Positions 16,468 through 26,153 of a stretch of 36,344 nt of DNA are shown one piece after another. The translations under genes were made by a program, and so were the position numbers. How positions within the stretch are numbered: the first letter of the stretch is position 1; the number at the start of each line of letters is the position of its first letter. The stretch covers positions 1 to 36,344 of IMG/VR virus record IMGVR_UViG_3300037424_001819; one strand, 5' to 3'. The stretch comes from a virus. Its lineage: Duplodnaviria; Caudoviricetes. Below the pieces are notes generated by a model. The model was not told the origin of the DNA. It made no database searches and saw only the letters and a program-made list of their open reading frames with translations.

Positions 16468-19194
16468 ATGGACGCTAACGCCACCCTGCAGCTGCTGATC
16501 AAGGCCACCGACCAGACCGGCTCGGTGCTCACCGGCGTCGGCGACAAGGTGTCGTCGCTGGCCTCCAGCGCGAAGACCGCCACCCAGCCGTTTGCCGACA
16601 TCGCCACCGCAGTGCTCAAGCTGGACGCCGCCCTGGCCGCCCTGGTCGCCGGCGGCCTGGCGCTGGCGGTCAAGGAGTCGGGCAAGTTCTCCGGAGCGTT
16701 CGGCGAGATCACCACGCTGTTCGAGGCGGCGCCGGACAAGGTCAGCCGCTTCAGGGCCGACATCCTGGACTATGCCGGGGACAGCCGTGTCGCCATCGAT
16801 GAGATCAACGCCGCGACCTACTCGGCGATCTCCGCCGGCATGGACTACGCCGACAGCCTGTCGCTGGTCGCGCGCGGCGAGCAGCTGGCGATCGCCGGCA
16901 AGGCGGACCTCAACAGCGCCACGGTGCTGCTGGCCTCCAGCCTCAACGCCTACGGCGAATCGGTCGACCAGGCGGAGAGCTACTCCGACGCCCTGTTCAC
17001 GACGGTGAAGGCCGGCCAGACCACCCTGCCGGAACTGGCCGCCTCCCTCGCCCAGGTGACCGGGGTGGCGGCCAGCTCGGGCGTCAGCTTTGACGAGCTG
17101 CTGGCGGCGGTGGCGGCGCTGACCGCCTCGGGCCTGCCGACCAGCCAGGCGGTCACCGCCATCAAGGGAGCGCTGACCAACATCCTCAAGCCTTCGGAAG
17201 ACGCCAAGAACATGGCGGCCGGCCTGGGCATCGAGTTCAACGCCACGGCCCTGGCCAGCAAGGGTCTGGGCGGCTTCATGCAGGATCTGGGGACCGCGAC
17301 GGGGGGCAACATCGACAAGATGGGCGCCCTGTTCGGCTCGATCGAGGGGCTGAACGGCGCGCTGATCCTCACCGGCGAGGGCGCCGGCAAGTTCGCCGGC
17401 ACCCTGGAGGCGATGGAGGCCAAGGCCGGGGCTACCGCCGCCGCCTACGCCAAGATGGCCGACGAGCTGGACCAGACCAACACGCGCCTGGCCAACAATA
17501 CCCAACTGGTGCTGATCGCCGTCGGTGACCGGATCAAGGACGATTACGCCGGCTTCGTCGGCGCGCTGGTGGAAGTGTTCCAGAGCGTCGAGGCGGCGGT
17601 GCGCAGCGGGGAGTTCGACGGCCTGTTCGAGGTCGTTGAAGCGGGTTTCAAACGGGCACAAACCGCCCTTGAAGCCATCGCCGTCAACCTGCCGGCGGCC
17701 CTCGACCAGGTCGACTTCGGCGGCCTGATCCGCTCGCTTGGCGAGCTGGGCGGGGCGCTCGGCGGGCTGTTCGAAGGCGTCGATCTCTCCACTCCGGAGG
17801 GCCTCGCCAGGGGCGTGCAGAGCGTGGTCGATACCCTGGAGAGCCTGATCGATTTCAGCCGCGGGCTGGTCGAGGGGCTGCGGCCCTTCTTCAACCTGGT
17901 GATGGAGGGGATCGAGCAGTTCAACAGCCTGGACGCTTCGGCCAAGGCCAGCGCCGGCGGCTTGACGGGGTTTCTCACCGGTGTCAACGGCCTGATGGGG
18001 CCGCTGGGCGCGGTCGCCGATTCGGTCGGCGCCGTCGGCCACGGCCTGGAGGCGCTGGCCGGGGCGAGCATCGTCAAGACCGTCGCCGGGCTGGTCGGCC
18101 CGGGCGGGCTGACGGCGGCGCTCTCCAGTGCGGCCGCGGCCGGCTCGGGCCTGCTGGCCGCCGTGGCCGGGCCGGCTGGGGTGGTGGCGGTACTCGCCGC
18201 CGCCGGGGTGGCGGTCTACGGCGCCGTCGACGGTTACATCGAGTGGCAGAAAGCCGAGGACCAGGCGGCGCAGGCGGCGGACCGGGCGGCCGCCTCGGCT
18301 GAGAATCTGGCGGCCAAGTATGCGGCGATCAGCGAATCTACCGGCGTCGCCATCGCCAGCACCCAAGATCTGAAGCAGGCCGTGGCCGAGGGCAAGATCC
18401 ACTTCGACGAGGCGACCAAAAGCTGGCAGGCTGGCGCCGAAGCCCAGCGGGACTTCGCCGCCGAGGTAAAAGCCGCCGCCGAGCGCTCCTACGATTACCG
18501 CGCCGAACTGGCCAAGATGGTCGACGGTCAGGGCAACCTGCGCGGGGCGCTGACCGTGTCGAGCACGGCCGTCTCCGAGCAGGTCGAGGTATTGACCGCC
18601 TACTACGTCAGTCAGGGCAACTCGATCGACGTAGCGCGGCGCATGGCCGAGATGGAGGCGACCAAGGGCCGGGCCGTCGCGGAGTCGACCAAGACGGTCG
18701 ACGAGGCGGCGAAGAAGACCGAGGCCTATCAGCTCAAGCTGGTCGAGCTGGCCAGCAACGAGCGGATCAAGGCGATGGAGTTCAGCGTCACGCTCCAGAC
18801 CGCGCAACTCGAAGCTGAGGTGGAAAGGACCAAGGCGCTCTTCGGCAGCATCGACACCGCCATCGAATCGACCGGCAACCTCATGGGGGATCTGCTCGGG
18901 GCGCTGGGGGATGCCGGGACTCACCACGAAAAATGGATGATCGAGGATCTGCTCCGGCAAGAGAGCGAGTTTCGCAAGCAGGAATTTGAACTGCAGCGGA
19001 AGCTCACCGAAGCGACAATCGAACAGATGGAGGCGCGCACCCGCGCCATCCGCAACGGCGACGCGCTGATCAAGATCCAGGCCGACGGGCTGGAGCCCGC
19101 CCTGGAGATGATCATGTGGAACGTGCTGGAGAAGATCCAGATGCGCGTGAACGAGGAAGCCGGTGAATTCCTCATCGGCATGAACGGAGCGTAA
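16468..19194 (+). CDS. Tape measure protein (TP901 core)
   Basis: 908 aa Ala-rich; YSAISAG, DALFTTVKAGQTTLPELA. Confidence 0.92.
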   Translation: MDANATLQLLIKATDQTGSVLTGVGDKVSSLASSAKTATQPFADIATAVLKLDAALAALVAGGLALAVKESGKFSGAFGEITTLFEAAPDKVSRFRADILDYAGDSRVAIDEINAATYSAISAGMDYADSLSLVARGEQLAIAGKADLNSATVLLASSLNAYGESVDQAESYSDALFTTVKAGQTTLPELAASLAQVTGVAASSGVSFDELLAAVAALTASGLPTSQAVTAIKGALTNILKPSEDAKNMAAGLGIEFNATALASKGLGGFMQDLGTATGGNIDKMGALFGSIEGLNGALILTGEGAGKFAGTLEAMEAKAGATAAAYAKMADELDQTNTRLANNTQLVLIAVGDRIKDDYAGFVGALVEVFQSVEAAVRSGEFDGLFEVVEAGFKRAQTALEAIAVNLPAALDQVDFGGLIRSLGELGGALGGLFEGVDLSTPEGLARGVQSVVDTLESLIDFSRGLVEGLRPFFNLVMEGIEQFNSLDASAKASAGGLTGFLTGVNGLMGPLGAVADSVGAVGHGLEALAGASIVKTVAGLVGPGGLTAALSSAAAAGSGLLAAVAGPAGVVAVLAAAGVAVYGAVDGYIEWQKAEDQAAQAADRAAASAENLAAKYAAISESTGVAIASTQDLKQAVAEGKIHFDEATKSWQAGAEAQRDFAAEVKAAAERSYDYRAELAKMVDGQGNLRGALTVSSTAVSEQVEVLTAYYVSQGNSIDVARRMAEMEATKGRAVAESTKTVDEAAKKTEAYQLKLVELASNERIKAMEFSVTLQTAQLEAEVERTKALFGSIDTAIESTGNLMGDLLGALGDAGTHHEKWMIEDLLRQESEFRKQEFELQRKLTEATIEQMEARTRAIRNGDALIKIQADGLEPALEMIMWNVLEKIQMRVNEEAGEFLIGMNGA

Positions 19195-19197
19195 TCG

Positions 19198-19545
19198 ATG
19201 ATCTACCTCGCCGCGCCCACCTTCGACCTCTCCGGCCTGCTGGTCCTGCCCCGCGGCCGCCTGGACGACCCGCTGGACCTGACCCGGCGCGTCAGCCGCA
19301 CCGCCACCCTGGACGGCGGCGCCGAGCTGACCGACCTCGGCTTCACCCACGCCGACCGCACACTACGAATTTCGGCCGCGCACGTCACCCCGGCCGAGGC
19401 CGAAGCGGCGGCGTACCTGCTGGAGACCTACCCCACCCTGATCGTCGCCACTTCGACCGGCTGTTTTCTGGCCGCCCCGGAGGGGATGAGCGTGCGGGGC
19501 GGGACGCTGAGCTTGACGTTGCTGGTGACCGAGAAACTGACATAG
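19198..19545 (+). CDS. Putative distal tail protein
   Basis: RRVSRTATLDGG...D.GFT.ADRT directly after tape measure. Confidence 0.6.
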   Translation: MIYLAAPTFDLSGLLVLPRGRLDDPLDLTRRVSRTATLDGGAELTDLGFTHADRTLRISAAHVTPAEAEAAAYLLETYPTLIVATSTGCFLAAPEGMSVRGGTLSLTLLVTEKLT

Positions 19546-19555
19546 ACCTGAAACC

Positions 19556-19579
19556 GGGCGATTCGTGAATCGCCCCTAC
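19556..19579 (-). repeat. GTAG-type REP element
   Basis: GGGCGATTCGTGAATCGCCCCTAC. Confidence 0.7.
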
Positions 19580-19595
19580 GAACGGAGGATTGCCC

Positions 19596-20009
19596 ATGGC
19601 CATGACCTTTGCCACCGCCCTGCGCACCGCCCGCGCGCTGGCCATTATCGATGCCATCGACGCCGGCGCGACGCCCGGCACGATGGAAATCTACACCGCC
19701 CCGCGCCCGGCGACCGGCGCGGCGATCACCACGCAGACCAAGCTCGGCACGCTGGTTTTCTCGCAGCCCTGCGGCACGGTAGCGGCCGGCGTCATCACCC
19801 TGGATACCATCACCGGCGACGAGGCGGCCGACGCCAGCAATACCGACCCCGGCGTGTGGGCGCGGGTCAAGGACGGCGACGGAAACTTCGTCATCGACTG
19901 GGATGTCGACGTGGCGGACGCCGACGTGATCATCAATACCATCAACATCGTCGAGGGTGGCCCGATCAGCACGATCGGGGCGCAGACGATCACCGAAGGC
20001 GGGGCGTAG
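19596..20009 (+). CDS. Virion structural/tail protein
   Basis: IYT..RPATG, WARVKDGDG motifs; RBS GGAGG. Confidence 0.65.
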   Translation: MAMTFATALRTARALAIIDAIDAGATPGTMEIYTAPRPATGAAITTQTKLGTLVFSQPCGTVAAGVITLDTITGDEAADASNTDPGVWARVKDGDGNFVIDWDVDVADADVIINTINIVEGGPISTIGAQTITEGGA

Positions 20010-20012
20010 GAC

Positions 20013-21071
20013 ATGGCCAAGCTTGCCGATCGCGTCAAGGAAACGACTGCCAGCACCGGTACCGGCGCCCTGAGTCTGGCCGGTGCCGTCGCGGGCTTCA
20101 GGGCGTTCGCCGACGCCCTGGACAACGGCGACATGGTCCCCTATGTCATCGAGGCCGCGAACGGCGTCGACTGGGAGACGGGCCTGGGAACCTTCGCCAC
20201 CGGCAGTCCGTCGACCCTGACCCGCAGCACCGTGACCGCCAGCAGCAATGCCGGCGCCGCGCTGGATCTGCCGGCCGGGCCGCATGTTGTCTTTCTGGGG
20301 ATGATCTCCCGCGTCGCCCGCGCCATCGACTATGTCAGCCCAGTTAATATCTCCGGGGCCGCGGCACTGACCGCTGCCGCCGCGATCGGTCGACACCATG
20401 TCTGCACCGGTACAACAGCGGATTACGAGGTGGACCTGCCGTTGACCGGGTTGTCGCCGGGTGATCTTGTCAGCGTCGAGATGTCATCAGATTTAACGAA
20501 GTTGGTCACTGTTGACGCCGGGGCCGGAGGGCAGACGATCGACGGCGAGAGGTATCGTGTCATGTGGGCAGGAGAGAGTGCGGCGCTGAAGTGGTCTGGA
20601 ACAAACTGGCAAAAAATTTCCGGGCGCAGCAGACCAATGACTTTTAAGGCGTCCCCGAATGGCGACCAGTCAACATTGACATCTGCGACATGGGTGCCCG
20701 TTTTGATGTCCGGAGTCGAACATTATGACACGGGCGGAGTGATTGACAATAATCTGTTTAAGCCACGGCGAGCTGGTCGGTGGGCCCTGCAAGGTATGGC
20801 CGTGGGTGGCTCATCAAACTCAATTACTAGACAAGTCCATAGGCTAACAAAGGCCGCGATTGCAGTGGCCCATTTTGGATCTATAGCCGGAATCTCGGCT
20901 ACCGGCGTATATCTCTATATCGGTGGTGCTTTAACGCTTGATGTCGTAAGCGGAGACCAACTGGCATTTGAAATTTATGGTCAAGTAAGCTCTGGGACAT
21001 GGAACATCATTGGCACCGTTGGAGGTACGGTTTATACGTTTCTGGCCGGCATAGAGCAGATCGACTGGTGA
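20013..21071 (+). CDS. Tail fibre / receptor-binding protein
   Basis: LADRVKETT..TGTG, WETGLG N-terminal module; lower-GC beta-rich C-terminus. Confidence 0.7.
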   Translation: MAKLADRVKETTASTGTGALSLAGAVAGFRAFADALDNGDMVPYVIEAANGVDWETGLGTFATGSPSTLTRSTVTASSNAGAALDLPAGPHVVFLGMISRVARAIDYVSPVNISGAAALTAAAAIGRHHVCTGTTADYEVDLPLTGLSPGDLVSVEMSSDLTKLVTVDAGAGGQTIDGERYRVMWAGESAALKWSGTNWQKISGRSRPMTFKASPNGDQSTLTSATWVPVLMSGVEHYDTGGVIDNNLFKPRRAGRWALQGMAVGGSSNSITRQVHRLTKAAIAVAHFGSIAGISATGVYLYIGGALTLDVVSGDQLAFEIYGQVSSGTWNIIGTVGGTVYTFLAGIEQIDW

Positions 21072-21072
21072 C

Positions 21073-21876
21073 ATGATGTTCGGCGGGCATCCCATAGGAG
21101 CGGCACCAGTCGCCGGCAGTCTCAGCAAAGGCACCACAATCCGCATCGTTTCCGGCGCTCCGTTGCCGATCTCCGGCATGGCCTTGGAGCATGTCGTATA
21201 TATCGATGTTCTGATTTCTGCCGGCACGCCTCTTCCAGCCGCCATGCTGGCGCTTGAGCACGCGCTTGCGGTCAAGGCGGTCGCCGTCACCCCAACGCCG
21301 ACCGCTTTGAGCATGCGCCTTTTCCACGATTGGATCAACACCGCTACCGCCCTGCAGCAAACTCCCATTTACATCCTCGAACTCAGCGCCCCGGGGGAAG
21401 CGACCGTCCGCCTGCCGCTCGCGTCGTTTCAGGGCCGCCGCCGCGACGGCGAGCCGAGCTATCTGCAGGTGACGGTGCCCAACGCGCCGGCCTGGGCCGA
21501 CGTGGTGACCGCCAGGCAGGCCGGGCAGCTGGTGCTCTATTCGGGCATCCGTCTCGCCAGCGGTACCGAGATCCTCGAGGAAATCGGCCGGGCGAACCTG
21601 GAGCTGATTCAGGACACCCGGGGCGGCAACAGCCAGACCATCGTCCTGTCGGGCCACGCCACGGACAGCAACACGGCGCCCCGCGTCCGCACCCTGGCCG
21701 GCGTCACCTACCGCAGTGCCGGCACCGGCAAACGTCGGTACCGCTGCCGCCTCGATCCGTTCCTGCGGCCGGGCGACACGGCCGTCATTCCCGGCTACGC
21801 AGAGCAGATCGCGGTCGGTCTCATCACCTACGTGGTGGCCCCCCGGCAGACCACTATGGAGATCACCGAGGCGTAA
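21073..21876 (+). CDS. Putative tail hub protein
   Basis: Tail operon; C-terminal DPFLRPGD. Confidence 0.55.
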   Translation: MMFGGHPIGAAPVAGSLSKGTTIRIVSGAPLPISGMALEHVVYIDVLISAGTPLPAAMLALEHALAVKAVAVTPTPTALSMRLFHDWINTATALQQTPIYILELSAPGEATVRLPLASFQGRRRDGEPSYLQVTVPNAPAWADVVTARQAGQLVLYSGIRLASGTEILEEIGRANLELIQDTRGGNSQTIVLSGHATDSNTAPRVRTLAGVTYRSAGTGKRRYRCRLDPFLRPGDTAVIPGYAEQIAVGLITYVVAPRQTTMEITEA

Positions 21877-21877
21877 T

Positions 21878-24421
21878 ATGGGCAAGGCGACGATCATCAG
21901 CAGCCTCGGCGAGGGCAAGTACCGGGTGCAAGTCCATTATGACCGCAGCCGGGCCGAGGCGCAGATCACCCGCTTGCAAGCCGAGTTGGCCGAAATCGAC
22001 GCCGCGCTGCCGCAGCTGCAACAGACTATCGACAGTGCGCTGATCGACCTCGACTGGGCTGAGGAAGTGCTGTCGGCCGCCATCGCCGCCTACCGGGTGG
22101 AGCCGACGGCCGAAAACCAGCAGAAGGTCAAGGCGGCGCAGGAATCGGTACGCGACACGCAGACCAACCTGCGGGCCGCCAGGGCCGCGAAGTCGACGGC
22201 CGAACTGCGCCGGGCCGCCGCGCTGAAGCGGATAGAGTTCTTGCAGGCTAATCTGCCATCCGACACGGAAGCCGACGCCTGGTGCGCCGACTACAGCGAG
22301 GCACTGACCGGCGAGGTTGGCACCATCGAACCCGCCAGGGCCGCCGGAGACGGGCTGCCGGTCCTTTATCCGGGCGGCGAGGCCGGCGACCAGGCTGGTC
22401 ACGACTCGACCCGCGACGGACAGCTGCAGCCGGTGCTGGCCGGCACCCCGGCGAGTGCGGCCTGGAACTACGCGATGCTGCCCGGCGCCGACCGCTGGCG
22501 GCCCCGCTACCGGATCGGCGAGATTACCTCGCTTGACTCGGAAGCCGGTCTGGCCGACGTGGCGCTGGATCCGCTGACCTCGACCCACCAGGACCTCGAC
22601 GTCAATCAGTCGGCCGTGCTGGCCGACGTGCCGATCCAGTACATGGACTGCCACGCCGCCGCCTTCGAGCTGGGCGACCGGGTGGTGGTGGAGTTCCAGG
22701 GGCAGGACTGGGCGCTGCCGCGGGTGATCGGGTTCGAGTCCGAGCCTCGCGAGTGTTCGGCGCAGGGCTTGGCCTGCCGGGTGGGCGACACGCCTCAGGT
22801 GCTGCGCCGCCCGACGGGCGTCTGGCAGGCCAAAGCGCGCCCCGGGGTGCTCTACGGCAACATCGACTGGCGGGGCGAGGGCGAGACGGTCCTGAGCTGG
22901 TGGGGTGTGCCGACCCGGCACTTCGACGTGGGCAACTTCGCAGATCCATCGGCCGTTCGCCACCTCATCCCTGGGCTGTGTTATGCCAGGACGGACAACA
23001 TCTGGTACACCATTTGGCCGACGCGAATCACACAGGTGCTGCAAGCGCTCCCGCCAGGGGGCACACTCTCCGATGTCCTGGACGCTGGCACTCTCGGCCA
23101 GTACGCCACGACCGAACCGCTATTTACCGGGCCGGTTTTCCGCGCCGGCAAGGTGGTCTGGTCGGCTGCGGAAACGCGCATATGCGGCGCCGCACTGCAT
23201 GGCACCAGGATGATCGTTGTTTCTGCCGATGATTTCCCCGATTCGGAAACCATTACGATTCTGGATGTCCAGCCCGGCGGATCCGGAGCAAACCCGCGCG
23301 TGGTGGCGGCAACCAACTACCCTAATCTGATCGACCTGCTGCCGGGGCCGAACCAATCTCCGTGGTTTTTTAACCAATCCGGAACCGAGGCTGTGGCGGT
23401 GCGGATGGTCGGCGTTTACCAGCCGCCGACCAACAACTATCGATACGAATATCACAAGTTCAGGCTGAGCGTGAACTGGGCTACCGAAGCGGTGACGGTC
23501 ACCGACCTGGGGAACAGCGGCCGGAAATCAACCGCGTACTCGCGGGATCTGGATATAACTCCACGGCCGGATATTTCCGCCGATGCCTACGATTTTACCG
23601 ACGTGAGCAGCACGGCGACAGAGAATGTGCTGGAGGTGTATGACTATAACGGCGATGTCGAGATCATCGCCGCCGTGCGAATCACAACGACCGCCGACAC
23701 GAATTCCAGCGGCAGGGGGGCGGCATACGGAGGGACCGACATCTACGGGACGGTTGATGCCGGGTCCTCATGGTCGGCCGTCATCACCCTGGGTGGATTG
23801 ACCGCAGTCTCTCTGGTAAATCAGTATGCCCGGCAAACGAGCCTCACTGGCGCGACCGTCACGGTCACTGGCAGCGTGGGGTCGATGTCCCCGTATGTGG
23901 GCTATCTCGATCTGCGCAGCGGGTTGGTGGAGACCTCTGTCAACGAGGGCGAGACGGTGTGGAGTTACACCGAGGTTCACAACGACGAAATCCCGGAGAC
24001 GAGCGGAGGGCATACTACCACGAGGTCTTTCAATTACGGGTTGTGTCCAGGCGTCAGTAGCAACGGCAGCGGAGATCCGGTCTATGACACTCCCGGCCAA
24101 GTTTACACGTTCGGCAGCTACCTGTTCAGCATGCTGAACATGGAGGATTTTGCCGAAGTGCACAGCGACACCGAAACGGAGGCCGGACCATACGGTTATG
24201 GCTACAGCGGGTTTTCCGGGTATCCCGTCGCCGGCCGGGCGGCGTTTTACCCGGGAAATCAAGGCCTCACGCTGGTCAGTTTTCCAGTGGCTGTGGGGGG
24301 GTATGGCCATATCGGGGAAGAGTGGCCGGGGCAGATTTTCAACGCCCTGACCGGCGGGGATATTGCCGAGCTGGTTGGGGTAGGCCCGAACCAACCCATT
24401 GCGCCCATCGGGGCGTTGTAG
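21878..24421 (+). CDS. Large tail tip / central fibre protein
   Basis: MGKATI...GEGKYRV, coiled coil, AWCADYS, YMDCHAAAFELGDRVVV; divergent C-terminal half. Confidence 0.7.
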   Translation: MGKATIISSLGEGKYRVQVHYDRSRAEAQITRLQAELAEIDAALPQLQQTIDSALIDLDWAEEVLSAAIAAYRVEPTAENQQKVKAAQESVRDTQTNLRAARAAKSTAELRRAAALKRIEFLQANLPSDTEADAWCADYSEALTGEVGTIEPARAAGDGLPVLYPGGEAGDQAGHDSTRDGQLQPVLAGTPASAAWNYAMLPGADRWRPRYRIGEITSLDSEAGLADVALDPLTSTHQDLDVNQSAVLADVPIQYMDCHAAAFELGDRVVVEFQGQDWALPRVIGFESEPRECSAQGLACRVGDTPQVLRRPTGVWQAKARPGVLYGNIDWRGEGETVLSWWGVPTRHFDVGNFADPSAVRHLIPGLCYARTDNIWYTIWPTRITQVLQALPPGGTLSDVLDAGTLGQYATTEPLFTGPVFRAGKVVWSAAETRICGAALHGTRMIVVSADDFPDSETITILDVQPGGSGANPRVVAATNYPNLIDLLPGPNQSPWFFNQSGTEAVAVRMVGVYQPPTNNYRYEYHKFRLSVNWATEAVTVTDLGNSGRKSTAYSRDLDITPRPDISADAYDFTDVSSTATENVLEVYDYNGDVEIIAAVRITTTADTNSSGRGAAYGGTDIYGTVDAGSSWSAVITLGGLTAVSLVNQYARQTSLTGATVTVTGSVGSMSPYVGYLDLRSGLVETSVNEGETVWSYTEVHNDEIPETSGGHTTTRSFNYGLCPGVSSNGSGDPVYDTPGQVYTFGSYLFSMLNMEDFAEVHSDTETEAGPYGYGYSGFSGYPVAGRAAFYPGNQGLTLVSFPVAVGGYGHIGEEWPGQIFNALTGGDIAELVGVGPNQPIAPIGAL

Positions 24422-24572
24422 GGCATGCGCGGGGCGCTATCGGCAGGATAAACTTAACTCGATGTTCCCCTCCCGGTAGCCGCGCAAACCGTGAGGACCA
24501 GGGTTGCGGTCGGCAGATGATCAGTGTGTCAGTGCCCGAACTGGGGCGCGAGGAGGGGGACATGTAGGAGGT

Positions 24573-24602
24573 AAAAAAAGCCCGCCGGCGCAAGTCGGCG
24601 GG
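24573..24602 (-). terminator. Minus-strand intrinsic terminator upstream of methylase
   Basis: A7 tract then CCCGCCGGC-GCAA-GTCGGCGGG hairpin on + strand. Confidence 0.55.
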
Positions 24603-24745
24603 GGAGGAAGAAGAGGGAGCGGTCGGACAAGTGCTGTCACACCTGCCCGACCGCCGAGACCACAGACATACCCTGTGAGCCCAGCCAAGGCTCCCCCACC
24701 CCGTACGAGGCGGGCGGAGCTTACCACAAACCATGGAGGCTCACA

Positions 24746-25507
24746 ATGCACAAACCTGTTATCCCTTGGATCGGCGGCAAGCGCCGGCTGGCTAAAGTTC
24801 TTTTACCGCTTTTCCCGGAGCATACCTGTTACGTCGAGCCCTTCTGCGGCGCGGCAGCCTTGTTCTTTCTCAAGCGAATATCGAAGGCCGAGGTCCTTAA
24901 CGATGTCAACGGCGACCTGGTCAACCTCTACAGGGTGATCCAGCATCACCTCGAGGAGTTCTGCCGGCAGTTCAAGCACGCCCTGGTTAGCCGGCAGATC
25001 TATGAGTGGCTCAAGGATACGCCGCCTTATGTCCTCACAGACATCCAACGGGCGGCACGCTTCTTCTACCTCCAGAAGCTCGCCTTCGGCGGCAAAGTCC
25101 AGGGCCGCACCTTCGGCACCGGCGCGACCAGCCCGCCGCGACTCAACCTGCTGCGCATCGAGGAAGATCTCAGCCAGGCGCACCTACGGCTCGCCCGGGC
25201 CACCATCGAGCATCTGGACTGGCGAGCCTGCATCACCAAGTACGACCGGCCGGAGACGTTCTTTTACCTCGATCCACCTTACTGGCAGACCGAGGGTTAC
25301 GGTGTCCCCTTCGGGTTCGAGCAGTATGAGCAGATGGCCGAGCTGCTGCGCACCATGCAGGGCAAGGCGGTGCTCAGCATCAACGACCATCCGGAAATCC
25401 GGGCGGTGTTCGCCGGGCTGCCGATGGAAACCGTCAAGATCAATTACACGATCGGCGGGGGCGGCAAGGGAGCCGATCGGGCCGAGCTGATCATCAGGAA
25501 CCATTAG
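24746..25507 (+). CDS. DNA adenine methyltransferase (Dam/D12 class), at the Mu mom position
   Basis: PWIGGK, YVEPFCG, LNDVN, FYLDPPY. Confidence 0.93.
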   Translation: MHKPVIPWIGGKRRLAKVLLPLFPEHTCYVEPFCGAAALFFLKRISKAEVLNDVNGDLVNLYRVIQHHLEEFCRQFKHALVSRQIYEWLKDTPPYVLTDIQRAARFFYLQKLAFGGKVQGRTFGTGATSPPRLNLLRIEEDLSQAHLRLARATIEHLDWRACITKYDRPETFFYLDPPYWQTEGYGVPFGFEQYEQMAELLRTMQGKAVLSINDHPEIRAVFAGLPMETVKINYTIGGGGKGADRAELIIRNH

Positions 25508-25817
25508 GAAGATCGCCCCGGCCGAGCGTAGTGCCGGCTTGGCCGGGGCGAGATCGGGCAGTGAAGGGGAAATTAGGCCGGTCTATGGCAACCCCTCACC
25601 CCTGGGCGTCTGGCTATTATGCGAAATCGGCACACTTTGCGGGGCATGAAAGGCGGCGTGAAGATGCGTTGAATGGCCCTTAAAAGAGCAAACCTTGGGG
25701 CATGGCACTGTCTGCCCGGGGTGGCGCTCGGCGATTGGCGGGCAACCTGAGCAGTTGCGGCTGGTGACTGGGGTTTGATAAGTTCGGAGATTATGCGAAA
25801 TCCGCATATAAGAGAGG

Positions 25818-26048
25818 GTGATGACGATGACGGGCAGGGACCTGCAGATGGCGAGGGGGAAGCTGGTAGGAAACCGCCGCGGCGCGGTGAAGCTCATGGC
25901 CGAAAAACTCGAAACGCCCTACCGAACCTACCAGGGGTGGGAGGGGGCGAAGGGGGTGATCCCAGGAGTCGCGGCGGTGGCAGTGAAGGCGCTCGTGAAG
26001 CTCGCCGAGATCGACCTGGAAGACACCGAAGTGGAGGCGGAAGGGTAG
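25818..26048 (+). CDS. Small XRE-like HTH protein
   Basis: MTGRDL...MAEKLETPYRTYQGWE...IPG. Confidence 0.6.
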   Translation: MMTMTGRDLQMARGKLVGNRRGAVKLMAEKLETPYRTYQGWEGAKGVIPGVAAVAVKALVKLAEIDLEDTEVEAEG

Positions 26049-26106
26049 CTTGGTTTGCCGGTGAAGCCCGACGCCGGTTTACGCTAAAATCCTTTAGTGG
26101 GCAGCA

Positions 26107-26153
26107 GTGCCAAACCGTGCGTTAGTTGGTGCCAAATCGCGCGGCGGGTTACA
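26107..26153 (+). mobile_element. Mu-type right end
   Basis: GTGCCAAACCG (26107) and GTGCCAAATCG (26129) 22 bp apart; terminal TTACA exactly where SfsA similarity stops. Confidence 0.75.

Larger units (their letters stand above)
1..26153 (+). mobile_element. Mu-like transposable prophage, middle/late region and right end (left end and transposase not in window)
   Basis: Mor-family gene, Mu gp25-gp37-like gene order, and a terminal ...TTACA with repeated binding sites abutting truncated sfsA. Confidence 0.85.

Noticed and set aside
14734-19350. 1538-aa minus-strand ORF and similar long antisense ORFs (e.g. 7039-8829)
   Set aside because: Shadow frames of GC-rich plus-strand structural genes; no motifs
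24480-24545. c-di-GMP riboswitch or hammerhead ribozyme
   Set aside because: Only a GCAAACC fragment matches; remaining conserved cores not found by eye
20013-25507. Diversity-generating retroelement or Gin-type invertible tail segment
   Set aside because: No reverse transcriptase, TR/VR pair, invertase or flanking inverted sites seen
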